A stretch of DNA of 40,275 nt from an uncultured Bacilli bacterium (GTDB lineage: Bacteria; Bacillota_I; Bacilli_A; RF39; UBA660). The notes below the pieces were generated by a model. It worked only from the letters and a program-made list of their open reading frames with translations, made no database searches and was not told where the DNA came from. Shown here one piece after another: positions 1-8,254 of this stretch; the first letter of the stretch is position 1, and each line of letters begins with the position of its first letter. The position numbers were made by a program, and so were the translations under genes. The stretch covers positions 1 through 40,275 of the forward strand of contig CALVMI010000022.1 of NCBI GenBank assembly GCA_944345045.1. Reading direction: 5' to 3'.

Positions 1-1
1 A

Positions 2-94
2 AGCCCTTTTAAAAGTCCCATAGCTTATCAAATCAATGGCTGTGTTTTTGCTATACGAGAATGTGATGCTTCTTTAATTGAGGTTCAAAAATGA
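2..94 (+). CDS. feoA: FeoA-like ferrous iron transport protein, C-terminal fragment (5' end outside the window)
   Basis: The frame is open from the window edge and translates to ...SPFKSPIAYQINGCVFAIRECDASLIEVQK*. Its TGA stop overlaps the feoB ATG (ATGA at 91-94). It sits immediately upstream of feoB. Confidence 0.6.
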   Translation, partial: SPFKSPIAYQINGCVFAIRECDASLIEVQK

Positions 95-2055
95 AAAAGA
101 AAAAAGCTTGTTTAATAGGAAATCCAAATGTTGGAAAATCTTCTATTTTTAATATGCTTACTGGTTCTTTGCAACATACAGGGAATTGGACAGGAAAAAC
201 CGTAGCTAATGAAACAGAAACTTTTAATTTTCAAGATACAAACTGGACATTAGTTGATTTACCAGGAACCTATTCATTAATGGGAGAAAGTGAAGAAGAG
301 AAAATTGCCAGCAATTATGTTATTCAAGAAAATTATGATTTAGCTATAATTGTATGTGATGCAACAAATCTAGAACGTAGCATGGAAATCATTTTAGAAG
401 TTTTAGATGTTAAACAAGAAGTAATCGTGTGTATAAATTTAATTGATGAAGCAAAGAAAAGAAATATTTATATTGATGCAGAAAGATTATCTAAAGAATT
501 ATCAGTTCCCGTTATTTTAACTAGTGCTAAAGAAAAAAAAGGTTTCGAAGAACTATTAAATACAATGAACCATTATGAAAAAAAAGAAAACTTTACTATA
601 GAACATTTTCCAAGAATTGAACGTTTTTGTTCTTATTTTCTACCTAAAATTTCAGCAAAAGAGAAGGGTAAAGCTTTAAAACTTTTAACAGATTCTGTAT
701 ATGAAAAAAAATTGAATGAAAAAGATCAAAAGATTTTAACTTTCTACAAAAAAATAATTAATAAAGAAACAATTCGGGAAAGTTATCATGAAAATGCCCA
801 AATATTAATTGAAAAAGTAATCGAAAGAAAAGAAGAAAAAGAAAAAAAAGAAGATAAAATTTGGAACTTTTTATTAAGTAATCCATGGACAAGTTTTCCG
901 ATGATGCTTCTTTTACTTTTTGGAATATTATGGTTAACTATTTATTTTTCCAACATTCCTTCAGATTTTCTTTTCTCTGTTTTTCAAAATCTTGAAAAGC
1001 CAATTTATACATTCTTTTCTTTTTTACCTGATTATATTTTAAATCCATTCATTTACGGTGGCTATAGAACCTTATATTGGGTTGTTTCAGTCATGCTTCC
1101 GCCCATGTTAATCTTTTTTCCGTTATTTTCTTTACTTGAAGATTATGGACTCCTTCCAAGGATTGCCTTTAATTTAGATAAGCCATTCGAAAAATGTGGT
1201 TCATGTGGTAAACAGAGTCTAACAATGTGCATGGGGCTTGGGTGCAACGCTGTAGGGGTTACAGGAACCAGAATTATGGAATCGAAAAAAATGCGTTTGC
1301 TATCAATTCTTACCAATGTATTCATGCCATGTAATGGAAGATTTCCGGCCATGATTTGTATAATCGGAATGTTTTTTGTTCAAGATAGCTCTCTTATCGG
1401 AAGCATATATTCAGCTTTGATTTTATCTTTGATAATTTTAATAGGAATATTTTTAACATTTATTATGACCAAAACTTTAAATTATTTTATTTTAAAAAAG
1501 GAAAAACCTATTTTTATTTTAGAATTACCATCTTTTAGAAAACCTAAAATTTTGCGAACTATTTACTTTTCTCTTAAAGAAAAAGCTTTTCATGTTCTAA
1601 AAAGAGCCATGATTGTATCTTTTCCCGCTGGTATAATTATTTATGTTTTGGCAAATGTAACAATTTCTAACGTTTCTATCTTACAATACTTAAGAGATTT
1701 TTTAGAAGGATTTGGTACATTGATTGGTCTTGATGGTGCAATTTTACTAGCGTTTTTATTGGGAATTCCCGCGAATGAAATTGTTATACCTATGTTGCTT
1801 TTATTATATACTAACGGGTCTATGCTTGTTGTATATGAATCTTTAGAAAGTTTAAAACTTCTTTTAATAAACAATAATTGGACAATTTTAACCGCGATAA
1901 ACTTTTTAATTTTTTCTCTTTGCCATTTTCCCTGCGCGACAACATTATTAACTATAAAAAAAGAAACCAACAGTTGGTTTTATACATTCATAGCTTTTCT
2001 TCTGCCGACTTGTCTAGGAATACTTCTTTGCTTTTTGACTATCTGTATTTTTTAA
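91..2055 (+). CDS. feoB: Ferrous iron transporter FeoB (GTPase plus membrane permease)
   Basis: 654-aa ORF. The N-terminal G domain carries the P-loop GNPNVGKSS and DLPGTYSL. A long polytopic membrane domain follows. It is translationally coupled to the feoA fragment. Confidence 0.95.
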   Translation: MKKKKACLIGNPNVGKSSIFNMLTGSLQHTGNWTGKTVANETETFNFQDTNWTLVDLPGTYSLMGESEEEKIASNYVIQENYDLAIIVCDATNLERSMEIILEVLDVKQEVIVCINLIDEAKKRNIYIDAERLSKELSVPVILTSAKEKKGFEELLNTMNHYEKKENFTIEHFPRIERFCSYFLPKISAKEKGKALKLLTDSVYEKKLNEKDQKILTFYKKIINKETIRESYHENAQILIEKVIERKEEKEKKEDKIWNFLLSNPWTSFPMMLLLLFGILWLTIYFSNIPSDFLFSVFQNLEKPIYTFFSFLPDYILNPFIYGGYRTLYWVVSVMLPPMLIFFPLFSLLEDYGLLPRIAFNLDKPFEKCGSCGKQSLTMCMGLGCNAVGVTGTRIMESKKMRLLSILTNVFMPCNGRFPAMICIIGMFFVQDSSLIGSIYSALILSLIILIGIFLTFIMTKTLNYFILKKEKPIFILELPSFRKPKILRTIYFSLKEKAFHVLKRAMIVSFPAGIIIYVLANVTISNVSILQYLRDFLEGFGTLIGLDGAILLAFLLGIPANEIVIPMLLLLYTNGSMLVVYESLESLKLLLINNNWTILTAINFLIFSLCHFPCATTLLTIKKETNSWFYTFIAFLLPTCLGILLCFLTICIF

Positions 2056-2088
2056 AGAAAAAAGACCATAGTATTAATGGTGAAATTT

Positions 2089-3486
2089 ATGAAAACCTAT
2101 AGCATTTGGAATGAAGAAAAAAAAGTTAATCTTCCGTCTTTGCAAAAAGATTGTACTGTTGATGTAGCCATTATTGGCGGTGGTTTAACAGGACTATCTA
2201 TTGGCTATCAATTAAAAGATACCAATTTTAAAACCATAATTTTGGAACAAAATGAATGTGGAAGAGGAGTTACAAGTAAAAGTACAGCCAAAATAACGTA
2301 TTTACAAGAACATATTTATCATAAAATAAAAAGATTTGGTGATGAGAAAAAAGCTCAAAAATATTTAGAATCACAAAGAGAAGCCGTAGTTTTATTAAAA
2401 GAAATTATTGAAAAAGAAAAAATTGCTTGTGACTTCGAGTCATCACCATCTTATCTTTTTGTAACTGATGAAAAAAACAAACCTAAACTGGATAAAGAAT
2501 ATCAATTTTATAAACAAAATGGTGTGAATATAACCAAAACAAAATTAAAGAATTATCCTGCTATAAAAGTAGATGATACATACGTTTTTCATCCGATAAA
2601 ATATATAAATGGTTTAAAGAAAATTTTAAAAGATCAAATATATGAAAATTCGCGAGTTGAAAAAATTACTCAAAAAGAAAATGAATATGTTTTATGTGTA
2701 AACGGATATACTGTTAAAGCTAAAAATGTCGTTCTTGCAACGCATTATCCATATTTCATTTATCCATTCTTTTTTCCATTGAAAAATCATGTTGAAACGT
2801 CTTATGTCAAAGCAATCAAAGTGAGTAAACCTCTAAAAATTAATGGAATTAATTTAGATAAAGAAAATCTATCATTTCGTTTTTATAAAGACTATTGTCT
2901 TCTTCTTTTTCATTCTAGTATGTCTAGTGCACGTAAAAATCTAAGAGATAATTTTATAGAAAAAGGAGAATATAATTGGACAAACAAAGACGTTATTAGT
3001 AATGATTATCTTCCTTTTATTGGCAAAATAACTAAAGACGATTCCTTTTTAATTGCTTGTGGGTATAATACCTGGGGATTTACGAATGCCACCTTAGCTG
3101 GTCGAATAATAAAAGATATTCTATGTAAGAAAAAAAATAAATACAGCTTTTTATTTGATCCAAAAAGAAGAAGGAATTTAAATAAATTTATTCGCTTTTT
3201 TGTCGATGCCGGCAATACTTTAACTGCTATTTTAAAAAGCACAAAAAAGAATTCTAATAATCAAAATGTAGAATATAGAAAAATGAAGGGAAAAAGTGTT
3301 GCAGTCTATATAGATAAAAATAAAAAAGAGCACATCGTCTTAAATCGATGTCCTCATATGAAATGTGGGTTAGTTTTTAATGAAGTAGAGAAGACCTGGG
3401 ATTGTCTTTGCCATGGCTCTAGATTTGATATTGATGGCAAATGTCTAGAAGGTCCAAGTAATCAAGATATTTCTTTTGATTTATAG
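2089..3486 (+). CDS. FAD-dependent oxidoreductase fused to a C-terminal Rieske [2Fe-2S] domain
   Basis: The dinucleotide-binding motif DVAIIGGGLTGLS lies near the N-terminus. The C-terminus has the Rieske ligand pattern CPH...CLCH (CPHMKCGLVFNEVEKTWDCLCHGSRF). ATG 2089 is preceded by GGTGA; an alternative ATG lies at 2077. Confidence 0.85.
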   Translation: MKTYSIWNEEKKVNLPSLQKDCTVDVAIIGGGLTGLSIGYQLKDTNFKTIILEQNECGRGVTSKSTAKITYLQEHIYHKIKRFGDEKKAQKYLESQREAVVLLKEIIEKEKIACDFESSPSYLFVTDEKNKPKLDKEYQFYKQNGVNITKTKLKNYPAIKVDDTYVFHPIKYINGLKKILKDQIYENSRVEKITQKENEYVLCVNGYTVKAKNVVLATHYPYFIYPFFFPLKNHVETSYVKAIKVSKPLKINGINLDKENLSFRFYKDYCLLLFHSSMSSARKNLRDNFIEKGEYNWTNKDVISNDYLPFIGKITKDDSFLIACGYNTWGFTNATLAGRIIKDILCKKKNKYSFLFDPKRRRNLNKFIRFFVDAGNTLTAILKSTKKNSNNQNVEYRKMKGKSVAVYIDKNKKEHIVLNRCPHMKCGLVFNEVEKTWDCLCHGSRFDIDGKCLEGPSNQDISFDL

Positions 3487-3494
3487 AAGTTAAA

Positions 3495-4439
3495 TTAGGA
3501 ATTTTCTCTTGTTCGTGTTAAAACGGGTTGATCTTCTGATAGATAAATAGCATGATGAAATTCATAGCTGTTAATGAAGTCTTCTACCGTTTCAGTAGTA
3601 TAAAAAATAAATGTTTTTTCATCTTTTAGAAAAAGTTCAGATTCTTTTGAATTTCCTTTTTCTAATTTTTTATCATAAAACAGATGTCCATCAGATGAAC
3701 GATGATTAATATAATAAGAGCCAGTTTCACATTCTGTTACAAGTCTGGTAATAGAATCATTTGCACGATGAAGGGCTATTTCCTTAGCGTCTTTTGTTAT
3801 GGATGGAATTTGATCAAATTTTTTCTCGAGAATTAGTTTTGTTAACATATCATATTGTTTTGGTGAAACATTAAATACAGCAAAATTTTCATTTTGCAAA
3901 TAATCAAAAATAGAATAAATACTATGAGAAAGAATTTTAACATTATTTTTATCAACTTTGATGATATTATTAATTTGTTTTCTTTGTGAATTAGTTATAT
4001 TAATGGTATAAAGAAAAATTTGTTGTTCTAATTCTTTGTATTTTGCTAATTTAGCATCAAAGTTTTCTTTTTGCTCTTGAATAATCTGTACCATATTTTC
4101 CGTAATAGGCAAGTAAGATATAGATTGCTCAAAAAGCTCTTCATTTCTTTTTTGGGCATAATCTAGTGCTTCTTCATATGTCGAAAACACATTGGAAGTT
4201 TTAATAGAATTCAAACACTCTCCATAAAAGTTAAAACATGGTTCAACTTGCCTCCAAATGTTAGAATGAGTCATTTGATAAGGAAAAGAAACTTCATATT
4301 CCTTAGTGCTACTACCATCTTCTTTATAGTTAGTCGCATCATTTAGTAAATAGCATTTAGAGGCGATGTAACAGGTAATTACATCTTGTCCGTCAAAAAT
4401 GGGCATAGCAGCATATTTAATAGGATAATTAATTTTCAT
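3495..4439 (-). CDS. Hypothetical protein (314 aa), no recognisable domain
   Basis: Long ORF. ATG at 4439 is preceded by GGAAAGAAGG. The longer ORF-track version would reach the 3' end of the tRNA (4514) and run across its terminator. The central region (EELFEQ...QEQKENFDAKLAKYKELEQQ) looks helical or coiled-coil. I recognise no catalytic motif. Confidence 0.7.
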   Translation of the reverse strand: MKINYPIKYAAMPIFDGQDVITCYIASKCYLLNDATNYKEDGSSTKEYEVSFPYQMTHSNIWRQVEPCFNFYGECLNSIKTSNVFSTYEEALDYAQKRNEELFEQSISYLPITENMVQIIQEQKENFDAKLAKYKELEQQIFLYTINITNSQRKQINNIIKVDKNNVKILSHSIYSIFDYLQNENFAVFNVSPKQYDMLTKLILEKKFDQIPSITKDAKEIALHRANDSITRLVTECETGSYYINHRSSDGHLFYDKKLEKGNSKESELFLKDEKTFIFYTTETVEDFINSYEFHHAIYLSEDQPVLTRTRENS

Positions 4440-4479
4440 TGATAAACCTTCTTTCCACATTGTGTTTTTAAATATTATA

Positions 4480-4501
4480 AAAAAACCCTTATTTAAAGGG
4501 A
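4480..4501 (-). terminator. Rho-independent terminator after tRNA-Thr(GGU)
   Basis: Minus-strand hairpin CCCTT-taaat-AAGGG followed by a T7 run. A TATAAT (complement of 4475-4480) lies directly after it and could drive the downstream hypothetical gene. Confidence 0.5.
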
Positions 4502-4513
4502 ATAAAAACATCA

Positions 4514-4587
4514 TGGTGCCGATTAACAGAATTGAACTGTTCTCTGATGCTTACCATGCATCTGTACTGCCACTGTACTAAATCGGC
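4514..4587 (-). tRNA. tRNA-Thr (anticodon GGU)
   Basis: The reverse complement reads GCCGATTTAGTACAGTGGCAGTACAGATGCATGGTAAGCATCAGAGAACAGTTCAATTCTGTTAATCGGCACCA. It folds with acceptor GCCGATT/AATCGGC, anticodon stem GATGC/GCATC, loop ATGGTAA and T arm AACAG/CTGTT. The CCA end is encoded. Confidence 0.9.
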
Positions 4588-4629
4588 TTTCGTTATAATC
4601 GTATCACATTTTTTTCTTTTTGCAAACTA

Positions 4630-4657
4630 TCTTTTCTCTAAAAAAGCCAAAATATAT
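4630..4657 (+). repeat. 28-bp perfect direct repeat, copy 1 (TCTTTTCTCTAAAAAAGCCAAAATATAT)
   Basis: Identical 28-mer at 4630-4657 and 5873-5900. Identity stops abruptly on both sides. Confidence 0.9.
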
Positions 4658-4753
4658 CTCATATAGAAAGGGGTGTTCTATTTTGAAGAAAAACAAACAA
4701 AAAGCTTTAGAATTATTAAGGTAGAAAAATAAGGATGAAATGAAAATCAGTTT

Positions 4754-4782
4754 TTTACTTTTTATATTAATTATGCTATAAT
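4754..4782 (+). promoter_or_regulatory. Candidate sigma-A promoter (TTTACT-17-TATAAT) far upstream of the CYTH gene
   Basis: TTTACT at 4754-4759, an exact 17-nt spacer, and TATAAT at 4777-4782. It would give a leader of about 260 nt before ATG 5051. Confidence 0.45.
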
Positions 4783-4841
4783 AAATGACAGTAGGATGGA
4801 TTTTTGTAAAGGTGATATTGTTGATATTGATGGCTATGTAA

Positions 4842-4860
4842 GCATTACTATTAGTAATGC
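4842..4860. repeat. Perfect 9+1+9 palindrome GCATTACTA-T-TAGTAATGC
   Basis: Read directly from the sequence. It lies inside the putative CYTH leader. Confidence 0.85.
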
Positions 4861-5050
4861 CAAACGATGAAGCAGAACACATAGTTTTTTAGTTAGTAGG
4901 ATCTTTGAGTACAAAAAGAGATGTAAAGGAAGTTTCTTTAAACAGTCTGACTTAAATTGATTATTCTTTATTTAATTTTAAAGAGTATTTCAGGATTTGT
5001 TCTTACAAAGTTTAGAGATAAATTCAATAAAAAAGAAAGGAATGATAAGT

Positions 5051-5842
5051 ATGTCTAAAATAGAAAGGGAAATCAAAGTACTTAATATTGAAGTTGATCA
5101 AACAATAAAAAAGTTACAAGAAATAGGAGCAGAAGATAAAGGCAAAAAGGAACAAAAGATTTATGTTTATGATGTTCCGACTTTGTATTATCGCTTTTTA
5201 GAAATAAGAGAATTAATTAATTCTTCTAATCAATTATTGATAGAAACAAATTTAAAAAAATTGGAAATTCTGTTACTGGAATATATTGATTTAGAAAACG
5301 ATGAGGAATTAGAAAAAGAAAAAGAATTGTTTCAATTAAATGATTTAATGGATATATTAAGTTTAGAGCTTAATGATATCAGAAAATTGTTAAACAATAC
5401 GGTATTAGAAAATAATTTCAAAAAATTTTTAATCAATCCAAATAAATGGATTAGACTTAGAAAAAGTAATCAAAAAGTAGAACTAACTACAAAACACATT
5501 CTAAATAAAAAAAATAATAAGTATCAAAATGTAATAGAGACTGAAATAGTAGTCTCTTCCTTTGAAGAGACAAATAATTTATTAGAAAGCATCGGCATTT
5601 ACAAAAGAAATTATCAAGAGAAGATAAGATATAGTTATTCTTATAAAGAAGCTCAAATTGAAATAGATATTTGGCCTTTATTAGAAGCATATTTAGAAAT
5701 TGAATGTGATAATGAAAATACAATTAATGAACTTTTAGAAAAATTGGATTTGAAAGACAATGAAATAGTTTCAGAAAATACAGAATCTTTATACAAAAGA
5801 AAAAATATCGATATTTTAAAAATATCTTCATTAAAGTTTTAG
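5051..5842 (+). CDS. CYTH-domain protein (triphosphate tunnel metalloenzyme / class IV adenylate cyclase-like) with a large internal insertion
   Basis: N-terminal ExExK signature (IEREIKV). Later tunnel strands are WIRLRK, VIETEIVV, RYSY, IEIDIWP and LEIEC. ATG 5051 is preceded by GAAAGGA. Confidence 0.75.
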   Translation: MSKIEREIKVLNIEVDQTIKKLQEIGAEDKGKKEQKIYVYDVPTLYYRFLEIRELINSSNQLLIETNLKKLEILLLEYIDLENDEELEKEKELFQLNDLMDILSLELNDIRKLLNNTVLENNFKKFLINPNKWIRLRKSNQKVELTTKHILNKKNNKYQNVIETEIVVSSFEETNNLLESIGIYKRNYQEKIRYSYSYKEAQIEIDIWPLLEAYLEIECDNENTINELLEKLDLKDNEIVSENTESLYKRKNIDILKISSLKF

Positions 5843-5872
5843 ATAACAAATGAATCATCAATTAATATTTTG

Positions 5873-5900
5873 TCTTTTCTCTAAAAAAGCCAAAATATAT
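5873..5900 (+). repeat. 28-bp perfect direct repeat, copy 2
   Basis: Identical to 4630-4657. It lies 31 nt after the CYTH stop codon. Confidence 0.9.
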
Positions 5901-6111
5901 AGCAAACAAGAAGATAAGATCATAATAAATGCAAAGCTTTTATTTATAATTCAATTCTAAGAATGTTTCATTTAAAGCATCCAATATTTCTGGCAATTAG
6001 GAATAATATATGAATTTTAAAATGCTCTTTCATAAAACTCCAGTTCTAAATCTATTATAAGGTATATTATTGTGATTTTACAAATAAAATTAGTAATGGA
6101 ATATTTTTTAG

Positions 6112-6140
6112 TTGTACTTTTTGTCGAAAAAACTTATAAT
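6112..6140 (+). promoter_or_regulatory. Candidate sigma-A promoter (TTGTAC-17-TATAAT)
   Basis: TTGTAC at 6112-6117, a 17-nt spacer, and TATAAT at 6135-6140. It lies 26 nt upstream of ATG 6166, which has the RBS AAAGGAG. Confidence 0.55.
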
Positions 6141-6165
6141 GGTTATATAGAAAAGGAGTGATTGA

Positions 6166-7407
6166 ATGTACTGCGGTGAGTGTGGTGCCAAATTAAAAAA
6201 GGGTGCTACTTTTTGTGGAGAATGCGGAGCTAAAGTAAAAGAGCAAAAAGAAGAAAAACCAGAAGAGGAAAAAAAGAAGGTTGTGAAAAAACGTAAACCA
6301 ATGGCTAAGAAAACAAAAATTTTACTTGGTGTATTGGTAGTTGTTGTAGTCGCGTTAGTTGTAGCTTTTAACGTGTTACAAAATCGTTTTGGACCAGAAG
6401 GAGTTGCTACAGAATATTTAGAAGCTTTAATTAGTAACAATGCCGATCGAATTTATGATTCATTAAATTTAGATGGCGATACAACGTTTACAACAAAAGA
6501 AGCTTTTCGAGAAGTGTTTTCTGAAAGTTCCAACAGCTATAGTGACATAGTAAATTATAAATTGCTAGATGTTACATATGGCGAAGGTGAGCTAAGTGCA
6601 ACTGTTCGCTTTCAAATTGCTACTTCTGATGATGAAGATACTATTAGTATTAAGGTGGTTAAAAACAGTGGCAAAAATTTACTTGTTTTTGATTCTTGGC
6701 AAGTAGCTAATATTAGTAATTCGTTAGTTGTTAAAGATTATCAAATTTCTGTTCCTAAAAATGCAAGCGTATCAGTAAATGATATTTCATTAGAAGAAAA
6801 ATATTTGAATAGTGAAAAATCAAATGATGAACTTGATGTATATGTTATTCCTCAAATATTTGCAAGTGACGTGACTATTAAAACAACGTTACCTTATGGA
6901 ATTGACGTAACAGAAGAAGTAAGCGTATCTAGTTATAATACAAGTCATAAAACAGATGTATCTTTAGACAACTTATCAGACGATATGGTAAGCAAACTAC
7001 AAACTCAAGTAAACAGTGATATTACAAAATTATATCAAAATATCATTGCCAAAAGTGATTGGAATGCTGTTAAAGAAAGTTACAGCTATAACAATGTGAA
7101 TTTATCATCATTACAAGAAGCATACGTTGACTTATATGAAGATTTAGTACAAGATAGTAGTACTACATTAACAGCATTTAAAGTAACAAATGTAACAATT
7201 ACAGATGTATCTTTAGATAACGGACGTTTAGAAGTTTCAGCTAAATATAATTATGATTATACTTTGAATTATACAAACTATAATGATGAAGTTCAAACAA
7301 AAAACGGTTCAAGTTCTTATAGTTCAACATTAACATATGATTATTTTGAAGATAACTTTAAATTATATGACATTTATGGAGCAGTAAGTTATTTTTCAAG
7401 ATATTAA
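6166..7407 (+). CDS. Zinc-ribbon membrane-anchored protein (YvbJ-like architecture)
   Basis: N-terminal double CxxC pairs (MYCGECGAKLKKGATFCGECGAKV), then a Lys/Glu-rich linker, one TM helix (ILLGVLVVVVVALVVAF) and a large extracytoplasmic domain of about 330 aa. Confidence 0.85.
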   Translation: MYCGECGAKLKKGATFCGECGAKVKEQKEEKPEEEKKKVVKKRKPMAKKTKILLGVLVVVVVALVVAFNVLQNRFGPEGVATEYLEALISNNADRIYDSLNLDGDTTFTTKEAFREVFSESSNSYSDIVNYKLLDVTYGEGELSATVRFQIATSDDEDTISIKVVKNSGKNLLVFDSWQVANISNSLVVKDYQISVPKNASVSVNDISLEEKYLNSEKSNDELDVYVIPQIFASDVTIKTTLPYGIDVTEEVSVSSYNTSHKTDVSLDNLSDDMVSKLQTQVNSDITKLYQNIIAKSDWNAVKESYSYNNVNLSSLQEAYVDLYEDLVQDSSTTLTAFKVTNVTITDVSLDNGRLEVSAKYNYDYTLNYTNYNDEVQTKNGSSSYSSTLTYDYFEDNFKLYDIYGAVSYFSRY

Positions 7408-7452
7408 TAAAAGAGAAAAAATAAAATAAAATTAAAGTGAGGAGAGTAAATT

Positions 7453-8175
7453 ATGGCAAAATTTTGTACAAATTGTGGGAAGAAATTAGTAGATGGGAAA
7501 CCATGTGATTGTGAAAAAAAAGAAAGTAAAAAGGTAGAAGAAGTAGAAGTCGTTTCTACTGGTGCTGGAGAAATGGTTAATGATTACATAGAAGCTTTAA
7601 AAGGAATCTTTACCAAACCAGTCGATACTATGAAAAAATATGCAAAAAGTTCTAAATTTGTTTTAGCAATGATTATGTTAGGAATTAATGCAATTGTCTT
7701 TGGATTATACATATATTTATTTGCAGGTGAAAGTGTAAGTATACTTGCACGTCTAATGGGTTATAGTTCATTAATGAGTTTAAGTGGCGCAAGCGTAAGC
7801 GTGCCTGCTAGTGTCTTCTTCTGGGCATTCTTATTTATGGCAGTTTTCTTCTTTGCATTAGGAGGATTACTATACTTATTCTGCGGCCCAATTATGAAAG
7901 ATGATACAAATTTTAAAGAAATAATGAGCTTAATTGGTGTAAACGCAGTATTTACAACAATTACCATTTTAGTAGCATTAATTTTTGTATATATCAAAAC
8001 ATGGATTTCACTAGTTATCTTAATGTTAGGCGGTTTTATCTTTATTTTAAATACATATCATGGTTTCACAAACTTAGTTAAGATAGATAAGAACAGAATA
8101 GCTTATGTATTTACAGCATCTTATGCAATTACTTTATTTGTAGTATGCTATATTCTTCCAAAGATTTTCATGTAA
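7453..8175 (+). CDS. Zinc-ribbon plus Yip1-like polytopic membrane protein
   Basis: N-terminal CxxC...CxC (FCTNCGKKLVDGKPCDC) followed by about 5 TM helices. RBS is GAGGAG. Confidence 0.8.
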   Translation: MAKFCTNCGKKLVDGKPCDCEKKESKKVEEVEVVSTGAGEMVNDYIEALKGIFTKPVDTMKKYAKSSKFVLAMIMLGINAIVFGLYIYLFAGESVSILARLMGYSSLMSLSGASVSVPASVFFWAFLFMAVFFFALGGLLYLFCGPIMKDDTNFKEIMSLIGVNAVFTTITILVALIFVYIKTWISLVILMLGGFIFILNTYHGFTNLVKIDKNRIAYVFTASYAITLFVVCYILPKIFM

Positions 8176-8183
8176 TTGATAAA

Positions 8184-8211
8184 AGCTTCCATATTTTGTG
8201 GAAGTTTTTTT
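8184..8211 (+). terminator. Rho-independent terminator
   Basis: AGCTTCCA-tattttg-TGGAAGTT hairpin followed by a T run. Confidence 0.6.
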
Positions 8212-8254
8212 GTGTTTTAAATAATTTGTGATAAACTGTAAGTAGGTGGTATTT

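Noticed and set aside
1143-2102. ORF-track entries 1143-1352(-), 1641-1970(-) and 1878-2102(+) inside or overlapping feoB.
   Set aside because: They lie antisense to, or out of frame with, a confidently identified FeoB. Their translations are low-complexity, and none has an RBS.
4604-4882. 92-aa minus-strand ORF in the tRNA-Thr / CYTH intergenic region.
   Set aside because: The translation is Ile/Phe/Asn-rich, as expected from AT-rich non-coding DNA. It has no RBS, and it overlaps a good plus-strand promoter and the 28-bp repeat.
4630-5900. Could the 28-bp identical repeats be a minimal CRISPR array?
   Set aside because: There are only two copies. They are separated by about 1.2 kb that contains a full gene. 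The repeat has no internal dyad symmetry typical of CRISPR repeats, and no cas genes are in the window.
6108-6440. 110-aa minus-strand ORF overlapping the start of the zinc-ribbon gene.
   Set aside because: It is antisense to a well-supported CDS, and its Thr/Phe/Ser-rich low-complexity translation mirrors the Lys/Glu-rich linker on the sense strand.
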